From: Podarcis melisellensis | Taxonomy: Eukaryota | NCBI GenBank assembly: GCA_964234715.1 | Contig: OZ174290.1 | Direction: 5' to 3' (one strand) | DNA: 64,000 nucleotides | In this document: one piece after another, positions 12,560 to 24,855 of the stretch | How positions within the stretch are numbered: position 1 is the first letter of the stretch | Layout: every line of letters starts with the position of its first letter | The notes under the pieces: generated by a model | Database searches by the model: none | Told to the model about the DNA's origin: nothing | What the model saw: the letters and a program-made list of their open reading frames with translations, nothing else | Program-made: the position numbers and the translations under genes

Positions 12560-13015
12560 AAGATGGGAGTACTTATTATTGCTTGCTATAGAAGAACAGC
12601 TATTGGAATTAATGGGTTTGGCTGAGATGGCAAAGCTGGCATGCTTAATTAAGAGAAAAATCACTGTTGACATTTATTAATGATTGGAAACCCAGCAGGG
12701 GCTTTCTGCACAATAAGGAGAAAAAGAACCGGTGCGGTATCAGTTTTGAAGAATGAAAAAAGAATTGGCTATGGAAAGTGGAAGAGTTGAATGTTGTTAT
12801 GAATTTTAAAAATATGCTCAAATTTTTAAAGCTCATAGACAGAAAATTGGAAGTTTTCTCCTTTTATTCTTCTCTTATCTATTTTCTTTTAATTTTCATG
12901 TTTAAAAATGCTTGATATTTGTTGCTTATTTTGGTACACTGCTTTTTTATTTTTATTTCTGTATACTGTGTTTTCAAGCTTTAATAAAAATTCAAGGAAA
13001 AAAACAAAAAACGAA
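12560..13015 (+). mobile_element. Degraded L1-like LINE 3' end
   Basis: ELMGLAEMAKLACLIK-like ORF2 C-terminal residues, T-rich 3'UTR, AATAAA and A-rich tail. A similar remnant lies at ~5390-5720. Confidence 0.45.
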
Positions 13016-13490
13016 AGCACAAACATGTCAAATTGGAGCCCTCGGCTTTCCCCTTCCCCAAGGACTGGTTACTTGACACTGATGTGTGAAATTTGGCACC
13101 CTGCTCTGCTTTTTTGTTTCACATGACACCCTCCCTGCTTCAGACTGTTGCAAGTCAAAGGCAGTGGGGACAGTCAAAGCAAGACTGCCCAGAATTCCCT
13201 TGACTGCCTTTGGTCTATTGTTATTTTAACTTTTTGTAAGTTTTACATTACTGTTTTACATGTTTGTTGTTTTATATTTTTTATGTTTGCTTTTTACAAT
13301 CAAGACGTGCACAAATCTTCTGAAATAAAATAATCTGGCAGGCCGCTGTGAGAACAGGAGGCTGGACTAGATGGGCCCCTTGGCCTGATCAGCAGCCTTG
13401 TCTTATGTTCTTATTGGATTATAAAGTTATATATGGTCCAATACATGTGCTTTGGACCATATATAACTTAATAATCCATGTGCTTTGAGA

Positions 13491-13840
13491 GGGACGCAGG
13501 TGGCGCTGTGGGTTAAACCACAGAGCCTAGGACTTTCTGATCAGAAGGTTGGCGGTTCGAATCCCCGCGACGGGGTGAGCTCCCGTTGCTCGGTCCCTGC
13601 TCCTGCCAACCTAGCAGTTCGAAAGCACATCAAAGTGCAAGTAGGTAAATAGGTACCGCTCCGGTGGGAAGGTAAACGGCATTTCCGTGCGCTGCTCTGG
13701 TTCGCCAGAAGCGGCTTAGTCATGCTGGCCACATGACCTGGAAGCTGTACGCCGGCTCCCTTGGCCAATAAAGCGAGATGAGCGCCGCAACCCCAGAGTC
13801 ACGACTGGACCTAATGTTCAGGGGTCCCTTTACCTTTACT
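13491..13840 (+). mobile_element. Sauria SINE, full length
   Basis: GGGACGC.GGTGGCGCTGTGGGTTAAACC head with B-box GGTTCGAATCC, ACCTTT tail, TSD CATGTGCTTTGA (13477-13488 / 13843-13854). Confidence 0.92.
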
Positions 13841-13986
13841 TACATGTGCTTTGATATAGGCTCTTTCCCTGGCCTATGGAGGCACTGTAAAATCCTCCCC
13901 TGAAATTTGCCCAGAAGAAGCCACACAGAAAGGGATGTCCGTGTTGATAGCCCCAGGCCCCAACAGAAACCGCAAGGTTAAAATAC

Positions 13987-14182
13987 CTTGGTTTGCTTCT
14001 TCTCAGTAGCATAAACTATGGATGTGCAACAGACTTCGGCCAGCTTCCTCCCCTGACCATAGAATGACCAGCAACAGATCTCATCCCCGATCACGTCTTT
14101 GATGAAGAGGACTCTCCCGTTGAAGCTGAGGGAGAGCTTATCGAACAATTCTATGTTCTTCAACAAATTGTCATCGGAAGTG
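13987..14182 (-). CDS. TNFAIP1: TNFAIP1 coding exon 5
   Basis: 196 nt, CAG/GT bounded; [65 protein letters not shown]; phase consistent. Confidence 0.96.
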
Positions 14183-15323
14183 CTGAAACAATGTTTTTTT
14201 AAAAAAGAAGAATGACGTATGTGGATCATCGGCTTGTGACAGGCAGCGCCTTTTTGGTGGCGGCTCCCCTGTTTGTGCAATGCCCTCCCTGGGGAGGTCT
14301 GTCGCCCACCCTCGTTATTGACTTTCAGGAGGATGTTAAAAACATTCCTGTTTCCCCCAGGTGTTTGATGGCTGAAAGACACAGTTCCTGGGAACCCTGA
14401 AAGCACTGGTTGAATGTTTTGACTGTTTTTGGAATGCTTTTTAAAGAGAAGTTGCCATGAGGTGTTTTCCGCCCTGGGCTCATTTGCAAGAAAGGACAAG
14501 ATATAAATTGAGTAAATAACCATTTTTTTCACATCTGGATTCTGCCTTTCCCCCCAAAAAAGAGCTCAGATGTCCCTCTCACCATTTTAATCCTCACAAT
14601 AACCCTTTTAGGTAGGTTGGGCTGAGAAGATGGGTGACTGACCCAAAGCTGCCTGGCAAGATTCACAGCTCAGCAGGTATTTGAACCTAGGGCTCCCTAG
14701 TTGGAAACTTCAACCCCATTACACGATGCTAGTCTTCACATGCTAAACATCCCAAGCACAAGGACCCCATCCTCACATTCTTTATCTGAAGGAGACCAGG
14801 TGAGCAGTGGAAGATCCGCTTGCCCCAGGTACTCAACAAGAACAGGCTGAGCATTTCCAGTTAAAATAAAAATTAAAAAGAAAGAAAAGAACTGGTAACA
14901 GGTATGGCCACGACTATAGGCAGCTGCTGCCAGTCAGAGTGGACAATGCTAGGATTGATGGGCAAATAAAATAAATAGGAAGCTGTTTATCGCAGGTCAG
15001 CCTATTAATTGCCTACCCTCCCCAGTATTTTAAATTTAAATTGGGAGAGCTGTGCTGTTTCGTACAGCAATTAAATCAAACCTTTCCAAATAATAAAAAG
15101 ACCGAGAGGTTTGCTCTTGCTGAAACCAACATGGAATAAATATGAAATAAGCCCGGGTTCATCGTCCTTCACATCTACTACCAGAAACAATAAATTCAAC
15201 ACTGTGGGGAGGGTGTCAGATACTTCTCAAAGTACTGTGAGAACAGGATGCTGGACTAGACGGGCCACAGGCCTGATACAACAGCCTTGTCTTATGTTCT
15301 TAGGGAGACAGCAGAGACTTTAC

Positions 15324-15376
15324 CTTGTGTAGGAATACTTGTTGTTGCTCCTGTTATACAGCAGCTTCACCACAGG
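15324..15376 (-). CDS. TNFAIP1: TNFAIP1 coding exon 4
   Basis: 53 nt, CAG/GTAAAG; PVVKLLYNRSNNKYSYT(S). Too short for the ORF track; read manually. Confidence 0.95.
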
Positions 15377-15398
15377 CTGGAAGGAAGAGGTTAAATGT

Positions 15399-15527
15399 CA
15401 GAAATATAGAGCTGGAAGGGACCACAAGGGTCATCCAGTCCAACCCTCTGCAATGCAGGAATCATTTGCCCAACGTGGGGCCCAAACTCACCACCCTGAG
15501 ATTAAGTCTCGGGCTCTGCCGACTGAG
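15399..15527 (-). mobile_element. SINE with tRNA-Lys(CUU)-like head and CR1 3' tail
   Basis: Reverse complement resembles CTCAGTCGG.AGAGC..GAGACTTAATCTCAGGGT.GTG.GTT.G.GCCCCACGTTGGGC joined to the CR1 tail. Further copies at ~28897-29035 and ~34027-34150. Confidence 0.7.
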
Positions 15528-15833
15528 GAAGAAGACGGCTAGGTCACGCTGCCCAGTCAGGGCCTCTCCTGGGCAAAGGGGTCTCTGGTGAGCCCCTTCG
15601 TATGGTACTTTTTTGAGCCTATTTGTCAGTAGCAGCAGTAGCGGCAGTGGCAAACACACCCAAGGGCAGCCAGGAGGCTCCCCGTTTCTTCAGAAACAGT
15701 AAAAGGGAACTTTTTTTTGTCTTAGGGCCACATTCCCTCCTGGCTAACCTCCTAAGGGCCACATGCCAGTAGTGGGTAGGGCCAGAGGCAAAGTAGGCAG
15801 GGCCACACTTGCAACAATTGCCTTTGTGTAGTC

Positions 15834-16090
15834 CAGGGGTAGGCAAACTAAGGCCCGGGGGCCGGATGTGGCCCAATCGCCTTCTCAATCCGGCCTGCGG
15901 ATGGAAAAAAATCAGCATGTTTTTACATGAAGAGAATGTGTGCTTTTATTTAAAATGCATCTCTCGGTTATTTGTGGGGCATAAGAATTCGTTCATATCC
16001 CCCCCCCCAAAAAAAAAATATAGTCCGGCCCACCACATGGTCTGCGGGACGGTGGACAGGCCCACAGCTGAAAATGGTTGCTGACCCCTG
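15834..16090. mobile_element. hAT-type non-autonomous DNA transposon
   Basis: CAGGGGT...ACCCCTG termini, perfect 8-bp TSD GTGTAGTC. Confidence 0.85.
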
Positions 16091-16547
16091 GTGTAGTCGG
16101 TTAGTTTCAACACACACTGACATGCCCCTCCCTGTAGTCTCCCCCAAGGAGAATTTTTGCACTTCAAAGATATGTTCCAGCCAAGAAAAAACACTTTGGG
16201 GTGGTGAGGGATGTCTGGCCTGGCGGGAGCTCAGAGGGGTCCGAAGGGAGTTGTTTGGCTCCGGGGTCTGGGTTTCCCCACCCCTGGCTCCAGGGCACTG
16301 TGGAAAGTTAAAATGGTGGGGATCCTTTTGACCCTCTGGATGCTGCTGAACTACAACTCCCATCATCCGTGGCTACTGGCCACACTTGCTGAGGCTGATG
16401 GGAGCTGTGGTTCAGCAGCATATTGTCAGTCAAGGGCTCCACTCAAGCCTTCTATCTCCCCTTTCTGGGTCTTCCTGGGGTACCCCAACCCACGAATTCC
16501 CCATCTCTGGAAATTCAAGAACAAGACCTGGAAGGAAAAGCACCCAC

Positions 16548-16637
16548 TTTCATGGCAGATTCGATGAGCCTCTCCTCTTCTTTGGGTGATGTGATGACTG
16601 GGATGTTGCAGACGGGCTTGTACGAATCTTTCTTGTC
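16548..16637 (-). CDS. TNFAIP1: TNFAIP1 coding exon 3
   Basis: 90 nt, CAG/GT; [30 protein letters not shown]. Confidence 0.94.
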
Positions 16638-17194
16638 CTGCGGAAGAGAATTGCAGGCACACAGGCAGGTGAGTGCAGGTTCGGTGTCCCCTTCTTTGGG
16701 GGACCACAGAATCGTAGAGTTGGAAGGGACCCCCCCCCCAAAGGTCATCTAGCAAAACATCTAGCAAGGCAGGAATCTCCACTTAAAAGCACCCAGGACA
16801 GATGAGCCTGCAAAACGCAAAAGTCAATACCCAGCCTGAAAACCACGCTAAGCACACTTGCGAGGGGATAAGAGTTTCAAAGTTTAGCACTCTCTAAGAT
16901 CCAATTGAAGAAGGTGGTTAAAAATGCCCTCCCCACACAGTTGTCGACTGTGTAAAACAGGTGTGGAGGAACCTATGGCCCTGCTGAACTACAACTCCCA
17001 CCATCCCTGATCATTGGTCATGTTTGCAGGGGCTGATGGGAGCTGTAGTTTGGCAACAACTGGAGGGCCTAAGGTTCCCTGCAGCTGGTGTAAAAGAGGA
17101 ATGGGGGGCTGGAACCACACCCGCAGGTCTCTCACAATGTCGGTGGCCCTCAAAATCAGTGCAGGAGCTGGTCTACAGGGAGACATAGGAAGTA

Positions 17195-17437
17195 CCGCAT
17201 TTTTCGCTCTATAAGACGCACCAGACTACAAGACGCACCTAGTTTTTGGAGGAGGAAAACAAGAAAAAATATATTCTGAATATCAAAATAATTCACTTGC
17301 AGTGAAAGCAGCAATCCCTCTTGCTGGTCTGGCTTCTGGGATAGCTGCGCAGCCTACAATTGCTACATAAGCCGCATACACATTTCCCCTTACTTTTTAG
17401 GAGGGAAAAAGTGAGTCTTATAGAGCAAAAAATACGG
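17195..17437. mobile_element. Tc1/mariner-superfamily (Tc2/pogo-like) MITE
   Basis: TIRs CCGCATTTTTCGCTCTATAAGAC / GTCTTATAGAGCAAAAAATACGG, TA on both sides. Confidence 0.8.
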
Positions 17438-17677
17438 TACTTGCAGGAGATACTTAGGACCTTAGGAAGCTGACTTATACTGAGTCAGACTATTGATCCA
17501 CCTAGTCTAGTACTGTCTACACTGACTGGCAGCAGCCCTCCAGGATTTCAGCCATACCAGGAGATGCTGGGGATTGACCCTGGAACCCAGGTGCTCTATG
17601 GCCCATTCCCATGGCAGAGGCTGGGCAACCATCTGTCAGGGATGCTACAGTTGGGGGATTCCTGCACTGAATAGATG

Positions 17678-17872
17678 GCTAGTAAGAGCTGTTCAACAGC
17701 TGAATGGTCTCCCTCGGGAAGTGATGGACTCTCCTTCCTTGGAGGTTTTTAAGCAGAGGTTGGGTGGTCATCTGTCGTGGAGGCTTTAGCTGAGTTTTCT
17801 GCATTGGGGGGGGGGTTGGACTAGATGACCCCTGGGTGCCCCTTCCGACCCTACAGTTCTGTGATTCTATGA
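17678..17872 (+). mobile_element. CR1 LINE 3' end
   Basis: VRAVQQLNGLPREVMDSPSLEVFKQRLGGHLS* and an ATTCTRTG-type tail. A second, more degraded CR1 lies at ~32564-32981. Confidence 0.8.
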
Positions 17873-17914
17873 CCCCCAAGGGTCCCCCTAATGCTACGCG
17901 CATGCAGCTCTCAC

Positions 17915-18084
17915 CTGCAGGGCAGCCTGGCAGAGGTCTACCAAGCCCTGGATGAGGTAATATTTGGCTTCAGCCATTAGCTCTTTGACCTCCTGCCGGT
18001 TCTTCGGGAGGGCTACCGTGTTGTCTCGGAGGTAACTTAAAACTGTCCCAAAATGCTTCCCGCAGCGATCGATGAGGATCCAGC
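17915..18084 (-). CDS. TNFAIP1: TNFAIP1 coding exon 2 (BTB domain, C-terminal half)
   Basis: 170 nt, CAG/GTGAGA; (G)[20 protein letters not shown]...[19 protein letters not shown]. Confidence 0.96.
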
Positions 18085-18342
18085 CTGTGAGAGCAGGAGA
18101 AGACAAGACAGCTGCAATCTGAGCTGGCATCCTGTAGGAGTGGAAGCTGATCGACAACAGGCAAGAAAAAGCTTGCGCCAGCCCCATCCCTGGTTTAAAT
18201 GCTTCTTCACTGTTATATTTATTTATATGCCACCTTTTCCCCTAACGGTACTCAAGGCTGCTTACAGATAAAAACAAGAACAGTTAAAACGCAGAAAAAT
18301 CTATCACTGGAAAACAAGTAAGCGTCGACAGAATTCAGGCTA

Positions 18343-18582
18343 CAGTGGTACCTTGGTTTACAAACTTAATCTGTTCCGGAAGTCCTTTTTTAAACCGAAA
18401 CCGTTCTTAAACCGAGGTGCACTTTCCCTAATGAGGCCTCCCTCCGCCGGTGCTCTTCCACCATTCGGATTTCATTCTTAGATTGAGTTAAGTTCGCAAA
18501 CTGGGACACTACTTCTGGTTTTGCGGAGTTCATAAACCGAAAAGTTCTTAAACAAGGCTGATCTAAAACCGAGGTACCACTG
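18343..18582. mobile_element. Tigger/pogo-like MITE
   Basis: TIRs CAGTGGTACCTTGGTTTA / AAACCGAGGTACCACTG, TA target on the left; sits inside a reverse L2-like remnant. Confidence 0.8.
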
Positions 18583-18867
18583 TCTATATAAAATCTGTTT
18601 AAAAACATACCAATAATTACAATAAAAACAGCACGGCACCAGCCCTTTCATTAAAAGCACTTTCCAAAATCCTCTTGGAGCAATAAAGTCTTTACCTGCC
18701 AGCAGAAGGGCAGCAAGGAGGGAGCCGGTCTGGCTTCTCTAGGGAGAGACTTCCAGAGTATGGGAGAAGCCCCTCTCCTGCATCCCCACAAAACATGCCT
18801 GTGAGGGTGGCAGAACTGAGACAAGGGCCTTTGCTGAAGATCTCAAACCCTGGGCAGGTAGAATTTA

Positions 18868-19121
18868 CAGTGGTACCTCGCAAGACAAATGCCTTGTAAG
18901 ACGAAAAACTCGCAAGACGAAAGAGTTTTTCGTTTTTTGAGTTGCTTCGCAAGACGAATTTCCCTATGGGCTTGCTTCGCAAGACAAAAACATCTTGCGA
19001 GTTTGTTTCCTTTTTTTAAAAACCGTTAATACCCAGGGAATCCGTGCTTCGCAAGACGAAAAAACTCGTAGAACGAAAAAACTCGCAGAACAAATTAATT
19101 TCGTCTTGCGAGGTACCACTG
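18868..19121. mobile_element. Tigger/pogo-like MITE (second family)
   Basis: TIRs CAGTGGTACCTCGCAAGAC / GTCTTGCGAGGTACCACTG, TA TSD, internal CGCAAGACGAA repeats. Confidence 0.85.
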
Positions 19122-19347
19122 TATTATATTCTGTTTTATTTGATGCTTTAATGTGTTGTAAACCACTTTGAGATTTTTTAAATTTTAAATATAAAGTGGT
19201 ATAGAAATGAACAATAATAACACCAGTAATACTAAATCTCATTGCAAAAAAAAAAAAGTTGCTTAAGACATGTGGCAACCACAATCTAGGTTTAGCTTTT
19301 GCACTTGAGCTTCTAACACTGGCTGCCAGCCCTGGCCCCTGGCTCAC

Positions 19348-19561
19348 CTTCTTTGTCCGAAAGCACCTCCATCCTGCCGCTGAACATGGCCTTCAGCATG
19401 GTGTCGTGCCGCGTCAGCACCTGCACCGTGGTGTAGTAGAGGGACCCGCCGACATTGAGCCGCACATACTTGTTGCCCAGGGTGCCGCCTTTGAAGCCGC
19501 AGCCCTTGGGCTTGGCTCCTGGCGAGGGACAGGTGGCTGCCAGGCAGGTGTCTCCGGACAT
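19348..19561 (-). CDS. TNFAIP1: TNFAIP1 (BACURD2, KCTD-family BTB adaptor) first coding exon
   Basis: [71 protein letters not shown](G), donor GTGAG. The six exons sum to 945 nt = 314 aa + stop. The exon probably starts at 19706 or 19692 (two CAG acceptors). Confidence 0.96.
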
Positions 19562-21854
19562 CTCCTTCTGCAAGTAGATGACAACTCTGCAGAGGGTGGG
19601 CTTGACCGACTCCGCCGTGGTTGTGGGGGGAGGTTGGAGAGCCACGAGGTCACTGACTGGGCAAGGAGAGTATTCCCAGATGGAGACTGGCCCTGGAGCC
19701 AAGAAACTGGAGAGAGAAAGGGAGAGGGAGAGAAAATGAGAGACATAGTGGATGGTCCAGAACACAACTTTATTTCTCTTTGCACAGGGAATAGAAGCAA
19801 GATTCCGATAATTCTGATATGAGCCCACGCAGGTGCCAAGGTTTGGCTGGCTTAGTGACCTAGCTTTCTGGGCTCAATGGACGAGATTGTTATCTGTCCA
19901 CAATCCTGGGAGCCAATATTAAAAGGTGAGTGGTGGCAGAACCCACCTATCAGTCTCTTGATATCATTATGGCGTCAGATGATTGACGGATGGGTTGCCA
20001 AGGCACTACAGAAAATGCTCCCGCCTGGTTGCTACCAGCCATGGCCCACAAGGTTGAGGGAATCTGGAGCTCAGGTGAGGATGACCAGAGCCTGCCAGGA
20101 GAAATGTACAGAAGTTGATTGTCCCCAAGGGACCCACATCCCAAACCGTTTGGGACGTTGCCGGTTAACGGCAGTGCCCTGAACGGAAGCTGGAAACCAA
20201 ATGGCACATCAGCCTCATTCCATGCAGCACTTGCAAAAAGCAAGTGGCCGGCCCTTATTGACTGCAAGAGGACGAGGCTCGGAAAAGTGCAGACAACGCT
20301 CGCTGAGTTCTCCAAAGGCAAAGCTTCCTAACAGAGCATCATTCTCAAGCCTTATCCAAGAGCCATCTAGAACATTTGCTAAAGCCAGGTTTCTCACGAA
20401 ACCAAGTTGCTAGTCCTTGTGATTACAATGAGGGCAATGAGCCCACTAGCTCCAAGTTCCCAGGCTGGCTGTTGAAAGCCCTACCGCTCAAGAAAAGGAC
20501 AGTGTGGTCTCACCAGCAGAGAATGGAAAAAGAGGGCAGAGGAATTGGCGCCCCAGCAATTTTTATGTATTTGTTGCCCAGTTGCCCAGGGACTGCAGAG
20601 CTGATGGGCAGCACATTCTGGCTTCTGCCATCAGCCAGGGGTCTAATTGCCACTGGGAGGCTGAATCCCCAGAGAAGAGCAGTTCAAGCCCATTCAGTGG
20701 CCAAGCAGCAGCAGCAGCAGCAGCAAAAGCAGGGAGCTAGCTTCCTCTCTTCCCACCAGAAGGACCATCGAGAAGAACTTTCTGCCTAAGAACCAGCCCT
20801 TGTGTTTGCTTTCCACCTCCTCCAGCCCAATCCCTTTTCCTTTTGTGCTGAGTCTCTGGGATCGGAAGCCTGAGGGGCAGCAGCCCTTTTCAGGAGAGCA
20901 AAAATACTTTTGAACAATACTTTGAATAAAAACCTTACAGGGGTGCTGCAAGGACAAATTGATACCTAAGCAGCTGCGAAAAGTTCTATAAAAGCTGGCA
21001 CTAGGCAAAGAGGGAGGGGAACACGGGGAAAGGTACCTGCCTTTTCTAAGCTGCAATGGTGCAGAGCGCCAGCCAGCCGGCAGATCAGTAAACTGCCGTC
21101 TGGATGAGACCCAAGTCCGCAACTCAATCCTCGCATCTCCAAACAGCGGCAGGAACCTGGGGGCCCCTTCCCAGCCTTCCAGGATGACGTAATGGGCCTG
21201 ACTCAAGACTGTCCCACACAATAGAAGCATTTCCTCTGCTTCCCCTAGTCCTCCAGTGCATTTTTGCATTTGTGACACACACACAAACTGGAAATGACTG
21301 AAGGCTTAACAAGCTTCTATTTCCAGCAGCCCCATTTCCATATCCAAGCGTGGCATGCAGATGGCATTTGGGAAAGGGCGTGAGAAGCCTGCTGTACCAA
21401 GAACGGCCACGGAAATATTCAATTGCAAGGGAATGCAGAGATAAGTGGCCTTTGGGAGAATGCAGTGGTTATAATAAACGGTCTGTGTGCTGTGTCCTCC
21501 AGCAAACTGAGTCATGAGTGGGTCCATGGGCCGATAATGCAATTACACGGCCCAACACCGGACATTCCTCTTACGAGCACAGGAAGTTGCTTTGTACAGA
21601 AGTAGACCACTGGTCCATCTAGCACAGTATTGTCTACACTGACTGGCAGTGGCTCTCCAGAGTTACAATCCCTATTGGGGATTGAACCTGGGGCCTTCTG
21701 CATTCAAAGCAAGTGTGCTGTCACTGAGCTGTAGTCCTTTCCCTAAAAATAAAAGAAGAGTCTAGTTCTCATGCTTTTGGATAAAGGACTGAAATAAGTA
21801 AGCATTGCACTGAGACACTTGGAATATCCAAGAGCTGACGTAGTTGGTACAGAA

Positions 21855-21990
21855 CAGGCATAGGCAAACTCGGCCCTCCAGGTGTTTTGGGACTACAATT
21901 CCCATAATCCCTGACCACTGGTCCTGTTAGCCAGGGATCATGGGAGTTGTAGTCCCAAAACATCTGGAGGGCCTAGTTTGCCTATGCCTG
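21855..21990. mobile_element. Palindromic ~136-bp hAT MITE
   Basis: TIR CAGGCATAGGCAAACT, perfect 8-bp TSD GTACAGAA, whole element near-palindromic. Confidence 0.88.
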
Positions 21991-23099
21991 GTACAGAACA
22001 TATTGATATGTAGATTTCTGACCCAACATCACCCTCCCCTGAGGGGAAAGAATCTCAGCCAAGGCAACAAGGAAGGCAAAAATTCTATACCAACAGTAGC
22101 TTCATTCACCAAGTACCAAATGCTCATGTAGGAAAAACAGAACAAAACCAGGCTTCATCTCACACACCCATGTTGAAAAGGGAAATCGGAACCTTTCAAC
22201 CTTACTTTCTACACACCGGATTTTCCCATTCTGCATTGTTGCCTATTTACTTAACTATCACTGACCCATCCATTCATGTGATTTAATGAATGGCTGAAGG
22301 GGAGGGGCAGATGTAAGGCTAACACTGTAAAAAAGGTCAGTCTGTTGAGGGAGCGTTGGGAAGAACCAAGGGGGTAATGGTTACAGGCTGCAGGAAAAGA
22401 ACATGCGGAAACTTTAAAAGAATATTAATTAAATCAGGGATGGGGGTGTTTTTTAAGTCAAGGGTCCCATCCACATGTGGGCAATCCTCAGAAGTCCACA
22501 TGGCAGCGTGGGAGGACCCAGATTCAAAAGGTGGAGGAGCAAGTAATGTAAATTTGTACTGTGTGCACACATCTCTCTCTTAATCCTCCAGTCAGGGAAA
22601 CAAGAAGCATTCTTCAAGGACACACACCCCAGAGTGGCAAAAACACTTAAGAGTTGGGGGTGAAGCAGGGCTGGTGGAGGATGCAGCCCCGACAAAGTTT
22701 CAAGGGCCAGAAAGAGAGGCCTGGAGTTGTCACAGATAGATCCCAGGGCTGAGGTTTACAAGTTTAAAAAAACAGAGGTCAGGGAATGAATTGCAATAAG
22801 GTGCCCAAATGCAAAATATTTTCATTATGATGTTTTCAAAAGGGAGGGTGAATGGCAGGTCTTCTTTCCCTCCAGCGCTCCGTATTTATTTGGCCCTCTT
22901 GCAGGTCGGTAACAGCCAGCAGAAATCCAACAGGTGCAGCCTCCCCAGCCTCTCTTGTCCACACTGTGGGATTTCTATCAACGCCAGCTCTGCAGCCACC
23001 CGGCTCTCTTCCTGGTTTAAAAAGCCAGCCAGGAAAGAAACCGGTGTCGCCTCTCCCTATCAGCGCAGCACCTGTGGAACTTCCTGCTCCCACTTTGCT

Positions 23100-23556
23100 T
23101 GTTGTTGTTGTTTAGTCGTTTAGTCGTGTCCGACTCTTCGTGACCCCATGGACCAGAGCACGCCAGGCACTCCTATCTTCCACTGCCTCCCGCAGTTTGG
23201 TCAGACTCATGTTTGTAGCTTCGAGAACACTGTCCAACCATCTTGTCCTCTGCCGTCCCCTTCTCCTTGTGCCCTCCATCTTTCCCAAAATCAGGGTCTT
23301 TTCCAGGGAGTCTTCTCTTCTCATGAGGTGGCCAAAGTATTGGAGACTTAGCTTCACGATCTGTCCTTCCAGTGAGCACTCAGGGCTGATTTCCTTCAGA
23401 ATGGATAGGTTTGATCTTCTTGCAGTCCATGGGACTCTCAAGAGTCTCCTCCAGCACCATAATTCAAAAGCATCAATTCTTTGGCGATCAGCCTTCTTTA
23501 TGGTCCAACTCTCACTTCCATACATCACTACTGGGAAAACCATAGTTTTAACTATA
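23100..23556 (-). mobile_element. RTE-BovB LINE 3' fragment
   Basis: IVKTMVFPVVMYGSESWTIKKADRQRIDAFELWCWRRLLRVPWTARRS...TKSRTRLND*, open frame, (CAA)n tail. Confidence 0.92.
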
Positions 23557-23699
23557 CTTACCCCTAACCCCTGGTTTAAAGGAGCAACCAAGCAGGAGAA
23601 AGCATCCATTCTTTATTTCCGCCTCCCCAAATATTTACCTCCCTTTTCCTCCATGGTTGACCTACTTCTGACCCCCCCCCCCGCTTCCAATAGCCAATC

Positions 23700-24180
23700 A
23701 GCTCTCTCGGCCAAATTCACTCACCCACCAGCCAACTTTCCGCCCTCCCGCCCCACTTCCTTGCCCGCTAAACGCAAACACAACGCCACTTTCTCAAGCG
23801 GGCCCGCCCGCCTCCCCACTGGCCCCTCCAACCCCCGCCTGTTTACCTTACCCGACTGGCGAGTCAACCGGCGCTGTTGCTCCACGAAGGCCTCCGCCTC
23901 GCACCGGGAGGCGACGGGGGCTGAGCAGAACCGGCTGCGAGCGAAACCAGCCGGCCGGCGCGCCCCTCAAGCTTCCCAGACCCGGCCGAAAGGCGGAGCT
24001 GAGGAATGAGCAGCTCCAGCTACAAGCCGCCCTTCCCAGTCAGGCGCCTCGGCCTACAAATCCCAGCGTGCAGCGCGCGCCGGCAGCCGCCCGCGGACGG
24101 GACTACGTTTCCCAGCATGCACTGCCCATTTTGTTCCCTCCCTCCCTCGCCAGGCAAAAGCTTTGAGTCCAGAGCTGTCG
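23700..24180 (-). promoter_or_regulatory. TNFAIP1 CpG-island promoter and probable non-coding exon 1
   Basis: CpG-rich. Donor CGG|GTAAG on the - strand (exon end 23852, alternative 23847). ZNF143/SBS-like motifs CTACAAATCCCAGCGTGCA (24054-24072) and ACTACGTTTCCCAGCATGCA (24102-24121). Confidence 0.7.
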
Positions 24181-24251
24181 ATCGCCTTTAATTTTTTTTT
24201 TTAAAAAAGACCAAAGTAGTAGAACATGAAACACCCCACGCGGGGTGTTGT

Positions 24252-24811
24252 TCATAAATGTGCAATTATTTGAGGTTTGTTTCTGATGCAAGGGACCAGC
24301 ATGATTTTAAGCAGTTTAAAATCAGGAGTGGGGAGCCTTGTTCATCTCAGGGGCAGCCATGGTAATAGCCAGGATTTATGTTTTAATTGGGAGGGGGTAG
24401 AATCTTAAGTTTTCTTGGCAGGGATACTGGAGTGGCTTGCCAGTTCCTCCTCCAGGTGGATCACGTTTGGTCAAAACTCTTCACTATGACCTGTTCATCT
24501 TGGGTGCCCTGCTCGGCATAGTTCATAGCTTCGCCACGGCAAGGCAGTGATCCATGAAGGAGAAGGGGACGACAGAGGACGAGATGCTTGGACAGTGTTC
24601 TGGAAGCTACCAGCATGAGTTTGACCAAACTGCGGGAGGCAGTGGAAGACAGGAGTGCCTGGCGTGCTCTGGTCCAGGGGGTCACGAAGAGTCCGACAGG
24701 ACTAAATGACTAAACAACAAGAATCTTAAGTATTTTAAGTTGTTAAATATTTTAAGTATTTTATTGATTTACTTGGTCGGGAAGGCAATTGCGCCCGCTT
24801 CCCCCCTTGGC

Positions 24812-24855
<44 letters not shown>

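Noticed and set aside
15460-15530. Functional tRNA genes (Lys here, Ile at ~37415-37637, Ala at ~41400)
   Set aside because: Mutated stems and anticodon arms, fused to LINE tails or SINE bodies; these are SINE heads.
19562-19828. N-terminal extension of TNFAIP1 suggested by the 171-aa ORF
   Set aside because: It crosses the splice acceptor at ~19706 and there is no in-frame ATG within the exon before MSGDTC.
20704-20724. (CAG)7 polyglutamine ORF
   Set aside because: Intronic microsatellite in TNFAIP1 intron 1, with no exon context.
23140-24009. 289-aa ORF, the longest in the window
   Set aside because: Antisense frame of a BovB fragment running into a GC-rich promoter; not a gene.
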